Virus record (IMG/VR): IMGVR_UViG_3300025846_000023
Coordinates: 1 to 45,588 of that record
Length of the DNA: 45,588 nt
DNA from: a virus
Taxonomy: Duplodnaviria > Caudoviricetes
Strand: one strand, 5' to 3'
Made by a program: the position numbers and the translations under genes. The first letter of the stretch is position 1. Each line of letters opens with the position of its first letter. The notes beneath the pieces were generated by a model that worked only from the letters and a program-made list of their open reading frames with translations, ran no database searches and had not been told where the DNA came from. This document shows, one piece after another, positions 7,152 through 16,719 of the stretch.

Positions 7152-8060
7152 ATGGAACTGATTTTAAGCACCGATTTAACGGCATTGCAGCCGATCGAAT
7201 TTAACTATGACGCACTTCGCGCCGCACTCGACGCAAAACTTGAAAAATATCGCAACCTCATAATTGAGGATGCGGACATACCTGATGCTAAAAAAGACCG
7301 TGCAGACCTCAATAAACTCACAGACAGCATTAATGCGGAGCGCATCCGGATTAAGAAGCAATACCTTGAACCCTATGATAAGTTTGAATCAAAACTCAAA
7401 GAACTTACCGGCATGATAAGTAAGCCTGCCGGCGAAATCGACAGCAAGATTAAGGAATTTGAAACGCGGTTAAAAAAAGAAAAACGCGCCGCGATCGAAC
7501 GTTTTTACAAAGACAACGTAAAAGATTTGTCCGGTATGTTGACACTTGAAAAGATATACAACCCCAAATGGGATAATGCCGGTACAAAATTGATGGACGT
7601 AACGCAGGAAATCATGGCGTCGTTCGAGCGCGTTCAAAGTGATCTCGACACGATAAAATCAATGACGCTCAAACACGAAACAGCCGTTCTCGGCAAATAC
7701 ATCGAAACGTTAAATCTCGGTGAGGCAATAAAGGAAAATTCCCGGCTCCTTGCAATTGAAACCGCCGCCGCAGAGAGAGAAGCGGAAAAGGTAATTACAC
7801 CGCCGGCTCCGGTACAACGCCCCGTTGAGGCGTATACCGCGCCCGCGATACTCGAAAAGGTTGAGGAAGCGCAGGAAGCACAGCCCGTTATTCCGCAAAA
7901 AACCGCAACGCCTGATATCGTTATTCCTGCTGTAGCAGAAGAATTAATTACAGTTGATATCCGCGTGAAAGGCACACAGAGTCAACTCGAAAAGCTCATT
8001 GAGTTTCTTGCAGAAAGCAAAATAGAATATGGGGAAGTCCCCGGAATAGAGGCAGTATAA
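7152..8060 (+). CDS. DUF1351-like coiled-coil protein
   Basis: IEFNYDAL...AKKDRADLNKL...RIRIKKQYLEPY; precedes recombinase. Confidence 0.75.
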   Translation: MELILSTDLTALQPIEFNYDALRAALDAKLEKYRNLIIEDADIPDAKKDRADLNKLTDSINAERIRIKKQYLEPYDKFESKLKELTGMISKPAGEIDSKIKEFETRLKKEKRAAIERFYKDNVKDLSGMLTLEKIYNPKWDNAGTKLMDVTQEIMASFERVQSDLDTIKSMTLKHETAVLGKYIETLNLGEAIKENSRLLAIETAAAEREAEKVITPPAPVQRPVEAYTAPAILEKVEEAQEAQPVIPQKTATPDIVIPAVAEELITVDIRVKGTQSQLEKLIEFLAESKIEYGEVPGIEAV

Positions 8061-9104
8061 ATGGGTATGTTTACAAAAGCAGTACGTCAAAAAGCAAAAC
8101 TCCGCCTTGCCCTAACCGGCGTTTCCGGAGGCGGCAAAACGCTCGGCGCGTTATATATCGCTTACGGTTTAACCGGCGATTGGAACAAAATCGCACTTAT
8201 TGATACGGAACATGAACGCGCAAAGTTTTACGAAAACCGTCCTGACCTTGGCACGGGAGAGTTTTGGCACGTATCAATGACACCACCTTATTCTCCGGCG
8301 AAGTACAAGCAGTATGTAGCAGAAGGTGCAGAACTTGTCGGGCCCGACGGGGTAGTGATAGTAGACAGTTTCTCTCACGCATGGGCGAACGAGGGCGGTG
8401 TGCTTGAAATCAAAGACAAAATATCAGCGCAAGCCGGGAAAAACAGTTACACCGCTTGGGGCGAAGCCGGGAAAGAGCAAAACTCGCTTGTCAACACAAT
8501 ATTATCCGTAAACTGTCACACGATAGTCACAATGCGGTCGAAGATGTCATATGCGCTTGAAGTAAACGATAAGGGCAAGCAGGTACCGGTTAAACTCGGT
8601 CTTGCACCGATACAGCGTGATGATACCGAATACGAATTTGATATTGTCCTTGACATAGCGCGAAGTCACGTTGCGGCAGCAAGCAAGGACACGACATTCC
8701 TTGATAAGTATGGCGAAATAATCACCCCCGAGCTTGGACGGCAACTCCGCGCATGGCTCGATGATGCCGCAGAAGTTACTCCAAAAGCAGAGCAAAAAGA
8801 AGAACCGATTCAGAAAGATCAGCCTAAAATGGATATGGGTTCAAAAGCGTCAGCAGAGCAAGCAACATATCTGCGCAAAACCTACACAGGAAGCAACATG
8901 ACCCAGCTTCTTACCGCAAATTCTATCACGCGGCTCGAAGATATTCCGTATGTAAAAGCAGCTGCGATTATCGCAGAAATAGAAGCAAAACGCGCAATTA
9001 AAGCGGCGGCAACAGAACCGGCAAAACCGTCGGAAGCAGAACCCCCCGTTGAGGAAGATAAGCAGGGCAAGGAGTTTGACTTCTTTAAAAAAGCAACGAC
9101 ATGA
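8061..9104 (+). CDS. AAA_24/Sak4-like ATPase (recombination)
   Basis: Walker A GVSGGGKT, IDTE, VIVDSFSH, EYEFD. Confidence 0.85.
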   Translation: MGMFTKAVRQKAKLRLALTGVSGGGKTLGALYIAYGLTGDWNKIALIDTEHERAKFYENRPDLGTGEFWHVSMTPPYSPAKYKQYVAEGAELVGPDGVVIVDSFSHAWANEGGVLEIKDKISAQAGKNSYTAWGEAGKEQNSLVNTILSVNCHTIVTMRSKMSYALEVNDKGKQVPVKLGLAPIQRDDTEYEFDIVLDIARSHVAAASKDTTFLDKYGEIITPELGRQLRAWLDDAAEVTPKAEQKEEPIQKDQPKMDMGSKASAEQATYLRKTYTGSNMTQLLTANSITRLEDIPYVKAAAIIAEIEAKRAIKAAATEPAKPSEAEPPVEEDKQGKEFDFFKKATT

Positions 9105-9616
9105 AATGCAGAATCAACCGTGTTGACATAGGACTTGACCGTGATGCAACCCTCACGTTTACAACCGCGGACAAGCCCGCCCTTAGGGGCGTATGGGACG
9201 ATTTCAAAGACGTTGATATAGATGTGACGGTAAAGAAATATCGCGTCAAGCGAAGTCTAAATGCCAATGCAGCGTGTTGGCTGATGTTGGGGAGAATAGC
9301 AACTGTTCTTCGGACGACAAAAGACGAAGTTTACTTCAAGATGCTCAAGCGGTACGGTGTATTCGTTGACTTGATGGTACAGCCGGAAGCGGTAGTAAAA
9401 TTCACGCAGGCAAATCCAACCTCGGAGATTGTTGGCAATGTAACAGCCGCAGGGCAAACGGGCGTTCAAATACGATTATATTACGGCAGCTCAACGTATA
9501 ACACACAAGAGTTTTCGGTGTTGCTCGACGGTGTAATATCCGAAGCGGCAGAAATGGGTATAGAGTTTATATCCGAAGACGAAAAGAACCTGCTATTGCA
9601 GGAATGGGGGCATTAA
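9101..9616 (+). CDS. NinB-like recombination accessory protein
   Basis: KRSLNANAACW...SSTYNTQEFSVLLDGVISEAAEMGI. Confidence 0.6.
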   Translation: MKCRINRVDIGLDRDATLTFTTADKPALRGVWDDFKDVDIDVTVKKYRVKRSLNANAACWLMLGRIATVLRTTKDEVYFKMLKRYGVFVDLMVQPEAVVKFTQANPTSEIVGNVTAAGQTGVQIRLYYGSSTYNTQEFSVLLDGVISEAAEMGIEFISEDEKNLLLQEWGH

Positions 9617-9617
9617 A

Positions 9618-10031
9618 ATGCAAACAAAACTTTACGACATAAAAGAATGGTGTAATCTTGGATTTGAACCGGAAGATTATCCGTATATAGGCACGATAAA
9701 TGGAGAGGTCAATCTTCACGAAGTCATTAAAATAGGCAGTCGGTGTTATATACCGTGCGCGGTTAATCCTAATAAGCATACAGCTGGTGTTCGTATATCT
9801 AACGTCATAGTAAAACCCGCCGAGGAAACATTTGGAAACAAAATAGTATGTCCGTATTGCGGATATGATGATATTGATTCGTTTGAGTGCGGCGCGGACG
9901 AAGATATAATTGAGTGCGGAAGGTGCGGAGCAACAATCGAATACACGCGAGAAGTAACTGTCGAATATGTCACGAATGGTAAGAAGCCGCCGGTTATTAA
10001 AAAACGCGAATTTGTAAAGGAAACCGAATGA
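9618..10031 (+). CDS. Zn-ribbon hypothetical protein
   Basis: CPYCG...CGRCG. Confidence 0.65.
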   Translation: MQTKLYDIKEWCNLGFEPEDYPYIGTINGEVNLHEVIKIGSRCYIPCAVNPNKHTAGVRISNVIVKPAEETFGNKIVCPYCGYDDIDSFECGADEDIIECGRCGATIEYTREVTVEYVTNGKKPPVIKKREFVKETE

Positions 10032-10321
10032 AAAGCCTGTTAACTGATAACGACGGCAAATGTTACATATGCGGATCTTCGCAATGGCTGGAAACTCATC
10101 ATATATTTTTTGGCCCGAAACGGAATGTAAGCGAGAAGAACGGTTTTAAAGTGCCGCTTTGCCGCAAATGTCACACAGGAACCGGAGACGGACAGCACCC
10201 GCCGGGAGTACATTTCAACATAGCACTCGATAAAAAATTAAAGGCGATATGCCAAAAGGAATATGAGCGGACACATTCACACGACGAATTTATGAACAGG
10301 ATCGGGAGGAATTATTTATAA
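10028..10321 (+). CDS. Small HNH-like nuclease fold protein
   Basis: CYICG..ETHHIF...LCRKCH...GVH...GRNYL. Confidence 0.7.
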   Translation: MKSLLTDNDGKCYICGSSQWLETHHIFFGPKRNVSEKNGFKVPLCRKCHTGTGDGQHPPGVHFNIALDKKLKAICQKEYERTHSHDEFMNRIGRNYL

Positions 10322-10755
10322 TGGCAAGTTTAAATAAGGTTATATTAATCGGTCACATGGTGGCGGATCCGGAGCTAAAGCAAACGCAGACGGGTGTGTC
10401 GGTATGCTCGTTCAGAATAGGCATACAGCGCAAGTTTAAGGGCGCGGACGGTAAGTATGCATCTGATTTTATCGATATCGTTACATGGCGACAGACGGCG
10501 GAGTTTGTTACTAAATACTTTAATAAAGGAAAATCCATCTGTGTTGTGGGTTCTCTCCAACAACGGTCGTGGACTGATCAGCAAGGGCAGAAACGCTATT
10601 CGGTAGAAGTTATCGCAGATGAAGTGAGCTTCGTTGACAAGTCAGAAACGGGCAAAGCAGAAGAAGCACCAGCCGAACAGAGTAATCCGCCGCAGCAACA
10701 GCCGCAACAGCCGCAATTTGAAGAATTTGACTCAGATTTAGATCTCCCGTTTTAG
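10321..10755 (+). CDS. ssb: Single-stranded DNA-binding protein
   Basis: LNKVILIG..DPELK; acidic tail ending DLPF. Confidence 0.95.
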   Translation: MASLNKVILIGHMVADPELKQTQTGVSVCSFRIGIQRKFKGADGKYASDFIDIVTWRQTAEFVTKYFNKGKSICVVGSLQQRSWTDQQGQKRYSVEVIADEVSFVDKSETGKAEEAPAEQSNPPQQQPQQPQFEEFDSDLDLPF

Positions 10756-10764
10756 GAGGCATAA

Positions 10765-11475
10765 ATGTCTGATAAAAAATCGTTTATTTTATACGGAGAT
10801 TTAGCTGATGTATTCAACGCATTATCAAACGACGAAGCGGGAGAACTTATCAAGGCGGTATTTACATATGTAAACGGTAGCGAACCGCCTCCCCTTAACG
10901 GGGGCGCAATGATAGCTTTTATAATTATCAAGGGGCAACTTAACAGGGATAATGTAAAGTATGAGACCAAATGTGAGCGGAACAGGGTCAACGGTAGGGC
11001 TGGCGGCAGGCCTCCAGTTAAAACAGAAATTAAAGAGGAACCCATAATAACCGAACGGTTAATTCAAGAACCCATAATAACCGAACGGTTAATTCAAGAA
11101 CCCAAAGAAGCCGATAAAGATACTGATAAAGATAAAGATACTGATAAAGATAAAGATACTGATAAAGATAAAGATATTAAGGGCAAGACCGCACCCGCTC
11201 GTAAAACAAAATACGGTACTTACGAAAATGTTAAACTAACCGACGACGATTTATCCAAGCTTCAAGCGGAATTTACAGATTGGGAAATCCGGATAGAACG
11301 GTTAAGCGAATACATAGCATCAAAAGGCGACAAATACAAGAACCACTTAGCGGTTATCCGATCGTGGGCTAAGAAGGACGCAACGGAACCCAATAATGCA
11401 AAGTCATATACTCCGCAATATAATGTCAACCCGTTTCTGCAAATGTTGAAAGAGGAGGAGGCAAAAAATGAATAA
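10765..11475 (+). CDS. Replication initiator / replisome organiser (DUF6291-like N-terminus)
   Basis: KKSFILY...LSNDEAGELIKAVF; internal iterons; YKNHLAVIRSW. Confidence 0.8.
   Translation: MSDKKSFILYGDLADVFNALSNDEAGELIKAVFTYVNGSEPPPLNGGAMIAFIIIKGQLNRDNVKYETKCERNRVNGRAGGRPPVKTEIKEEPIITERLIQEPIITERLIQEPKEADKDTDKDKDTDKDKDTDKDKDIKGKTAPARKTKYGTYENVKLTDDDLSKLQAEFTDWEIRIERLSEYIASKGDKYKNHLAVIRSWAKKDATEPNNAKSYTPQYNVNPFLQMLKEEEAKNE
11038..11178 (+). repeat. Putative origin: two 30-bp repeats plus 18-bp GATAAAGATACTGATAAA repeats
   Basis: GAACCCATAATAACCGAACGGTTAATTCAA at 11038 and 11068; AT-rich repeats 11113-11178. Confidence 0.75.
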
Positions 11476-12178
11476 AGTCGATACAATAAAAATCATGGCA
11501 ATATTAAAGGCATCATATCCAGCGTTTTATGGCAAGATTCCCCCGGATGAATATGCCGGCATTGTATCTGTGTGGCAAGACGCTTTTATTGAATCCCCGT
11601 ATGAACTTGTAGCCTTGGCGGTAAAGTCATTAATTAAAACTCATAGCGGATATCCTCCCGACATAGCAACAATTAACACGGAACTAAAAAATCTTATAAG
11701 CGCAGCAAACGGCGAACCTACCGACGAGGAGCTGTGGAATATCTATAAAAAAGCGGTTCAGAACAGCGGTTACTGCGAAAACGAAACTTTTGAAAAACTT
11801 CCTTCGATATTGCAAAAATATTGTGGAACGGCGAAAACCCTGTATGAGCACGCAATGATGTCACTTGAGATATTTAATTCAGTGTTACACGGCCAGTTTT
11901 TAAAGCAATTGCCGGCAATGCGGCAAAGGCAGGAATACCATGACAGTTTACCCGAACATATGAAAATTATGATATCAGGTATGTCGAAGCGAATGGAGTT
12001 ACCGGCAGCAGAACAGCCAGCGACACCTCAGGCACTTAACGAAAAGCGCAACAAAATAATTGAGCAGCTGGTGGAACCAATAATGCAAGCAGAACCGATT
12101 CCTAAATCCGAATACATCCAGATAAGCGCAGAGGAAAAAGAAAAGCGGAAACAAGAGATATTAAATAAATTAAAGTGA
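11468..12178 (+). CDS. G39P-like helicase loader/inhibitor domain protein
   Basis: KIMAILKASYP...W...PYELVALAVK..I...YPPDIA; follows initiator. Confidence 0.65.
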   Translation: MNKVDTIKIMAILKASYPAFYGKIPPDEYAGIVSVWQDAFIESPYELVALAVKSLIKTHSGYPPDIATINTELKNLISAANGEPTDEELWNIYKKAVQNSGYCENETFEKLPSILQKYCGTAKTLYEHAMMSLEIFNSVLHGQFLKQLPAMRQRQEYHDSLPEHMKIMISGMSKRMELPAAEQPATPQALNEKRNKIIEQLVEPIMQAEPIPKSEYIQISAEEKEKRKQEILNKLK

Positions 12179-12203
12179 AGAAATTGAGTATTCAGGAGGT
12201 GCC

Positions 12204-12614
12204 ATGAAAACCATACCAAAAAGCATACAGCTGAACAAAGTTAAGGCGCTCACGCTTTCAGAATCAGCTGAACAGTCATTGTTATTTAAGTGGGCGGAAT
12301 GGAACCATCAAGCATACCCCGAACTCTTTCTGCTGCATCATATCCCCAACGGCGGTCGGCGCGACATTGTTACAGCAACACATCTCAAAGCAGAAGGTGT
12401 CAAGGCAGGCGTACCGGATATATGCCTGCCGGTGGCGAGATTCAAGTGGCACGGGCTGTATATCGAAATGAAAGTCGGAGATAACAAGCCGTCAGACAAT
12501 CAACTGGATTGGATCGATAAATTAAGGCGCCAGGGTTATAAAGTAAACGTCTGCTACGGGTGGGAACAGGCATCGGAAGTAATAATGGCATATCTCAAAA
12601 GCGATCAGAATTGA
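12204..12614 (+). CDS. VRR-NUC nuclease (resolvase-like)
   Basis: HIPNGG..GVKAGVPD..LYIEMK...Q..W. Confidence 0.9.
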   Translation: MKTIPKSIQLNKVKALTLSESAEQSLLFKWAEWNHQAYPELFLLHHIPNGGRRDIVTATHLKAEGVKAGVPDICLPVARFKWHGLYIEMKVGDNKPSDNQLDWIDKLRRQGYKVNVCYGWEQASEVIMAYLKSDQN

Positions 12615-12632
12615 AAGTGAGGATAAATAAAA

Positions 12633-12833
12633 ATGAACTATACAAAAGCGCAAATAAAACAGGCGATGTATTTGTTGCTTGACGACGCTCTGCCAAACAT
12701 AATATGCGAATTAATCAAAAAACGCGGTAATTACTTATGCGACAGGTGCGACGATTGCATGTTTGAGCAGTACATTAAGAAAGCCAAATCCGGAGTAAAG
12801 TGTAAAAAAGACATATCGGAGGCGGCAATATGA
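12633..12833 (+). CDS. Hypothetical protein
   Basis: SD GAGG; Cys cluster; coupled to next gene. Confidence 0.55.
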   Translation: MNYTKAQIKQAMYLLLDDALPNIICELIKKRGNYLCDRCDDCMFEQYIKKAKSGVKCKKDISEAAI

Positions 12834-13546
12834 AACCGATTTATATACCATCCGGTAAAGCAAAAGAATACGGCGATTATGCGATCAATATCTATACAGG
12901 CTGTCCGCACCGCTGCTATTATTGCTTTGCTCCGAGCGTATTGCATAAAAACCGCATAGCCTTCCATGGTTGCGTCGAGCCGCGTGTAGGCATTATAGAG
13001 GCAGTAAAGCTGCAACTCGACAAAGAGCAGATAACCGATAAAATGATACATCTGTGTTTCACGTGTGACCCGTACCCGGCGGGATATAACAGTTCGGCAA
13101 CGCGCGAGATAATCAAACTATTAAAGGCAACGGGCAATCACGTTCAGATACTTACTAAAGGCAGAGACGCAGAGCGTGACTTTGACCTGCTTGACGGCGG
13201 TGATTGGTTCGGCGTGACAATATCGTGTAACACGGAAATGGCTATTAAAGCAGAGCCGTATGCGACAACTCCATTTGTAAGGCTTCTGCTGCTTCAAAAA
13301 GCGCATGACCGAGGTATAAAAACATGGTTATCCTGCGAACCTGTGCTTGAACCGGAGGCAATATTTAAACTGATTACGGATTACGGCGACGCATACGACC
13401 GTATAAAGATAGGTAAAATGAATTACCATCCGTCAGATATAAACCGGAAAGAGTTCGGACGCGAAGCTGAACGGTTGTGTATCGAATATCACCGCGATTA
13501 TTACATCAAGGACAGCCTACGGGCGGAGATGGAGGCTACATCATGA
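12830..13546 (+). CDS. Radical SAM protein (SplB-like)
   Basis: NIYTGCPHRCYYCFA (CxxxCxxC), CDPYP, ILTK, SCEP. Confidence 0.88.
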   Translation: MKPIYIPSGKAKEYGDYAINIYTGCPHRCYYCFAPSVLHKNRIAFHGCVEPRVGIIEAVKLQLDKEQITDKMIHLCFTCDPYPAGYNSSATREIIKLLKATGNHVQILTKGRDAERDFDLLDGGDWFGVTISCNTEMAIKAEPYATTPFVRLLLLQKAHDRGIKTWLSCEPVLEPEAIFKLITDYGDAYDRIKIGKMNYHPSDINRKEFGREAERLCIEYHRDYYIKDSLRAEMEATS

Positions 13547-13950
13547 CCGATGATACAAAACTTATCAGTAAGCTCAAGCGCAAAATTGTTGCGCTGCAAG
13601 CGATTATAAACGCTTACAGGCAGGCGGAGGCGGCACGGAACAACCGCAAACCACTCGTCTATGTTGCACAACCGTTCGGGGGCAAACAGGAAAATTTTAT
13701 CCGGGCAGAACGCACGTTAATACAGTGCGTGGAGACATACCCGCAATATGATTTTATCAGCCCGATTATCGCATACGGATTCTGTTACAATGTGTATTCA
13801 TACGAGACAGGAATCAATCAGTGCCTGGCATTGCTTTCAAGATGCGACGCACTGTGGATATATAACACAGGAGAGCCGAGCAAAGGAGTGGCGATCGAGC
13901 GTGAGTGGGCAATCACACATAACATGACAATAAAGGAGATTACAGAATGA
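13543..13950 (+). CDS. Nucleoside 2-deoxyribosyltransferase-like (DUF4406-like) protein
   Basis: VYVAQPFGG...LLSRCDALW...SKGVAIEREWA. Confidence 0.75.
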   Translation: MTDDTKLISKLKRKIVALQAIINAYRQAEAARNNRKPLVYVAQPFGGKQENFIRAERTLIQCVETYPQYDFISPIIAYGFCYNVYSYETGINQCLALLSRCDALWIYNTGEPSKGVAIEREWAITHNMTIKEITE

Positions 13951-14621
13951 GTGAAGTATTGAAAGACAGCGGAAGCAGAAGGATATTCGAAAGTGGCGCA
14001 CACCGGGATATGGCCGAGGGCAAGGGTGACATGTTCAGCTTACCGGCAGCGGCAATGCTCCGCATATCAAAACACTATGAGCTTGGGGCGAAAAAATATA
14101 CACGACTTAATTATCAAAAAGGCGTTCCGGTATCATCGTTCATGGATTCGGCTTTACGGCACTTATTCAAGTATCTTGACGGATGGGATGATGAAGACCA
14201 TTTAGCGGCGGCAGGTTTTAACGTCTTGGGTGCAATGCAGATGGAGGCGCGCAACCCAGATATGCAGGACATTGAAGCAAGGCAAGGCAAAAATACATAT
14301 GCATATGAGGCAGCGATTACGGCGCAGAGCGCACCGGACGAGCCTGTAAGTGAGCCAAAGCCGCCTCTCCGCAAAGTCGTGCGGTTAGCAAACAAAGGCG
14401 AATGGATTCAAATAATTGATAATCCATACACAAACGAAACGTATCGGCCGGGGGATATACTGCAAGTTGTAAGGGTCTGCCCTGATGGCGTAGACGGTAA
14501 TTGGTATGAACACATTCACGTGCATGAGCATCCCGATAGGCATATCATGGCATATGAATACGTTGTGCTTGAGGGTTACGTTCCGCCCGAGCCCGTTACC
14601 GTACGTGAGGTGACGCCATGA
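13947..14621 (+). CDS. dATP/dGTP diphosphohydrolase-like (DUF5664) domain fused to SH3-like domain
   Basis: GAKKY..NYQKG...DSALRHL..Y..G..DEDHLAAA. Confidence 0.8.
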   Translation: MSEVLKDSGSRRIFESGAHRDMAEGKGDMFSLPAAAMLRISKHYELGAKKYTRLNYQKGVPVSSFMDSALRHLFKYLDGWDDEDHLAAAGFNVLGAMQMEARNPDMQDIEARQGKNTYAYEAAITAQSAPDEPVSEPKPPLRKVVRLANKGEWIQIIDNPYTNETYRPGDILQVVRVCPDGVDGNWYEHIHVHEHPDRHIMAYEYVVLEGYVPPEPVTVREVTP

Positions 14622-14992
14622 ATACCATCGACATTATATCAGATCTCGCTGCTGGCTATAAGAACCGCTACATCATCGACGACTTACAGGAGAAGTATAA
14701 GTTATCATACACAACGATTATCGAAACCGTCGGCAACACCGCCGCGTACCGGAAGCATTGCAATTATTATGCGCATGATCCGGCAGACCGCAGGATATGG
14801 GATAAAAATCAATTGGATAGATTAGCCGAAATGTATAACGCGAATATTTCATACGAGGCAATGGCAGACGCGTTCGAAACGTCGATGGGTGCAATAAATT
14901 ATCATATTATAAAAATGCGAGCAAGCGGGAAATACGCGTTACGGGACAAGATTGAAACGGGAAAGTACAGGAGGGCGGTAAAATCGTGTTAG
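14618..14992 (+). CDS. HTH-containing hypothetical protein
   Basis: W...LAEMY...SYEAMADAFETSMGAI. Confidence 0.55.
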   Translation: MNTIDIISDLAAGYKNRYIIDDLQEKYKLSYTTIIETVGNTAAYRKHCNYYAHDPADRRIWDKNQLDRLAEMYNANISYEAMADAFETSMGAINYHIIKMRASGKYALRDKIETGKYRRAVKSC

Positions 14993-15177
14993 ATATATTA
15001 AAGTTTATATTTTCATCGTTTTGGATATGGTTCGGTTTTACGATATTGTTTTCAACTGCATTAGAAATTACTGTAAAAGGTATTATATGTATAATGGCGG
15101 TTATCAAGTGCAAAGGTGATATGACTATTAGTGAAAGCAAAATTATAGAGCATCCGAAAAGCGAGGACGGTGAATAA
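14986..15177 (+). CDS. Small membrane protein
   Basis: MLDILKFIFSSFWIWFGFTILF; SD GGAGGG. Confidence 0.65.
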   Translation: MLDILKFIFSSFWIWFGFTILFSTALEITVKGIICIMAVIKCKGDMTISESKIIEHPKSEDGE

Positions 15178-15594
15178 ATGCGCTACATAGAGTTATCGAA
15201 ATATGTTGCATTCCAATATAAAAGTAACTGCCGCGAGTTGCAGAGCCTCACACACGACGATAGACCGCCCGTGCCGGCTGTTGGCTATACAAAGGGTAGA
15301 ATCAGTAAGCCTGTAGAAGCGGAGGTTATGAGGCTACTCACGGACGAGCGTATACGGTATCTATTACAGGCGACGCAAGCTGTTGAATATGCGCTTGCAA
15401 TGGTAATGCGTAAACCGCAAGGGGAGGAAACAGTACGGATATTTGAAATGGTGTATCGGGATGGAACACATAGACTGTACGGGGCTGCCATGGAGCTACA
15501 TATATCCGAGCCAACAGTATGGAGGTATAATAGCTATTTGCTTCGTATGATAGCAATTCGTATGGGTTACATGCCAGTTAAAGACACGGTATGA
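15178..15594 (+). CDS. ArpU/RinA-like late transcriptional activator
   Basis: C-terminal HTH (AAMELHISEPTVWRY); end of early region. Confidence 0.75.
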   Translation: MRYIELSKYVAFQYKSNCRELQSLTHDDRPPVPAVGYTKGRISKPVEAEVMRLLTDERIRYLLQATQAVEYALAMVMRKPQGEETVRIFEMVYRDGTHRLYGAAMELHISEPTVWRYNSYLLRMIAIRMGYMPVKDTV

Positions 15595-15625
15595 ATAAAG
15601 TTGATAGATTGGAGGGGGTATAGTA

Positions 15626-15634
15626 TGATATAAT
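15626..15634 (+). promoter_or_regulatory. Putative late promoter (extended -10, poor -35)
   Basis: TGATATAAT just downstream of activator gene. Confidence 0.55.
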
Positions 15635-15664
15635 AGTGTTAGTAGATTTTTGCAAAGTTTAAAC

Positions 15665-15730
15665 GGGATAGTTCGACGGAACGAAAAGGCATTTACCCTG
15701 AATGCCTTCCCATTTCTTATAATAACAGGG
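15665..15730 (+). ncRNA. Putative structured leader RNA (3-way junction plus pseudoknot)
   Basis: GGGA/TCCC, GTTC/GAAC, AGGCATT/AATGCCT; loop CCCTG complementary to CAGGG 15726-15730. Confidence 0.5.
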
Positions 15731-15751
15731 ATGCGCGGAAGGGAGTGCAAT

Positions 15752-16447
15752 ATGTATCAAGAAGCCATTGACGATGGAATAAGGTCTGAAAGGTATAACC
15801 GCAACACGACCTACTTCCCTTTATGTTGTATCTGCGGGGAAGAAATAATGTCGATTAGTTACATACGGAACAATCAGTATACTTGCAAAAAGTGTAGAGA
15901 AGCAAACTATTTTAAAGATAAGCAAAGCAGGGTAGACCTTGGTCACGAGGCAAAAGAGCGTAAACTTACAAACGCAATAAAGAGAATAGAAAACCTATAC
16001 TTCAATGCAAGCCAATATACCGAAGCAATTGAAAAGGTACACGAAAAGTTACATACAGACAAATGGTTTCAAAGCACAGAAGAGATTATGGCTGCACTTG
16101 AGCTGTTAAGAAGAAAAATAAAAACAAGACATCAGGTACAGTTTGGTAAATACACGGCAGATTTTGTGTTACCAGAGAAAAAGGTAGTTCTTGAAATTGA
16201 CGGAGTTACGTATCACACAGAGCGCACGATAGATAAAGAAATATTACGAGATGAACTTATTGTGCTGTCATTAGGGGCAGAATGGGAAGTGATTCGCATT
16301 ACTGATGTTTTAATAAATCAAAACCTTCAGATGCTTGTTAAAGCAATTACGGAAGTCAAAAAAGAGCGGCAGAAGTTGCGTGCAAAAAATCAAGGTAAAT
16401 TACCTGAATGGTATAGCAATCGAGAACGCGTAAAAACATTAGCATAG
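15752..16447 (+). CDS. DUF559/Vsr-like (EDxHD-type) endonuclease with N-terminal Zn finger
   Basis: CCICG..CKKC; QSTEE; YTADF..VVLEIDGVTYH..D...RD; SD GGGAG. Confidence 0.8.
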   Translation: MYQEAIDDGIRSERYNRNTTYFPLCCICGEEIMSISYIRNNQYTCKKCREANYFKDKQSRVDLGHEAKERKLTNAIKRIENLYFNASQYTEAIEKVHEKLHTDKWFQSTEEIMAALELLRRKIKTRHQVQFGKYTADFVLPEKKVVLEIDGVTYHTERTIDKEILRDELIVLSLGAEWEVIRITDVLINQNLQMLVKAITEVKKERQKLRAKNQGKLPEWYSNRERVKTLA

Positions 16448-16640
16448 TATTTATGCAATCAGGTATGACGCAGGCAATAAGTCAGCGTCAGGGTAACAGT
16501 ATATCGCAACATGGCAAAGGGTGGGTGCCGCGATATTATATTAAGGCGGGTGATCTTATTTGAGATGATAGTAATATATATGGCATATCAGCTTTAAGAC
16601 AGCAATAGAAAAGCCGAGTGATTTACGGCTTTAAAAAAAG

Positions 16641-16672
16641 AAAGCGAGCCGACCTTTACCGGCGCGCTTTTT
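16641..16672 (+). terminator. Intrinsic terminator-like hairpin upstream of terS
   Basis: AAAGCGAGCCG/CGGCGCGCTTT plus T run. Confidence 0.55.
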
Positions 16673-16719
16673 ATATTTGTATTATAACGATTATATAGAT
16701 TAACAAAGGAGGCGGCATA

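Noticed and set aside
11038-11178. CRISPR-like array (also 27360-27422 and 34809-35033)
   Set aside because: In-frame tandem repeats with no unique spacers and no cas genes
12830-14621. Z-base or 7-deazaguanine pathway
   Set aside because: No PurZ, QueC/QueD/FolE or DpdA recognised
15665-15711. Hammerhead ribozyme or group I intron
   Set aside because: GAAA is present but CUGANGA is absent; no interrupted gene or recognisable intron core
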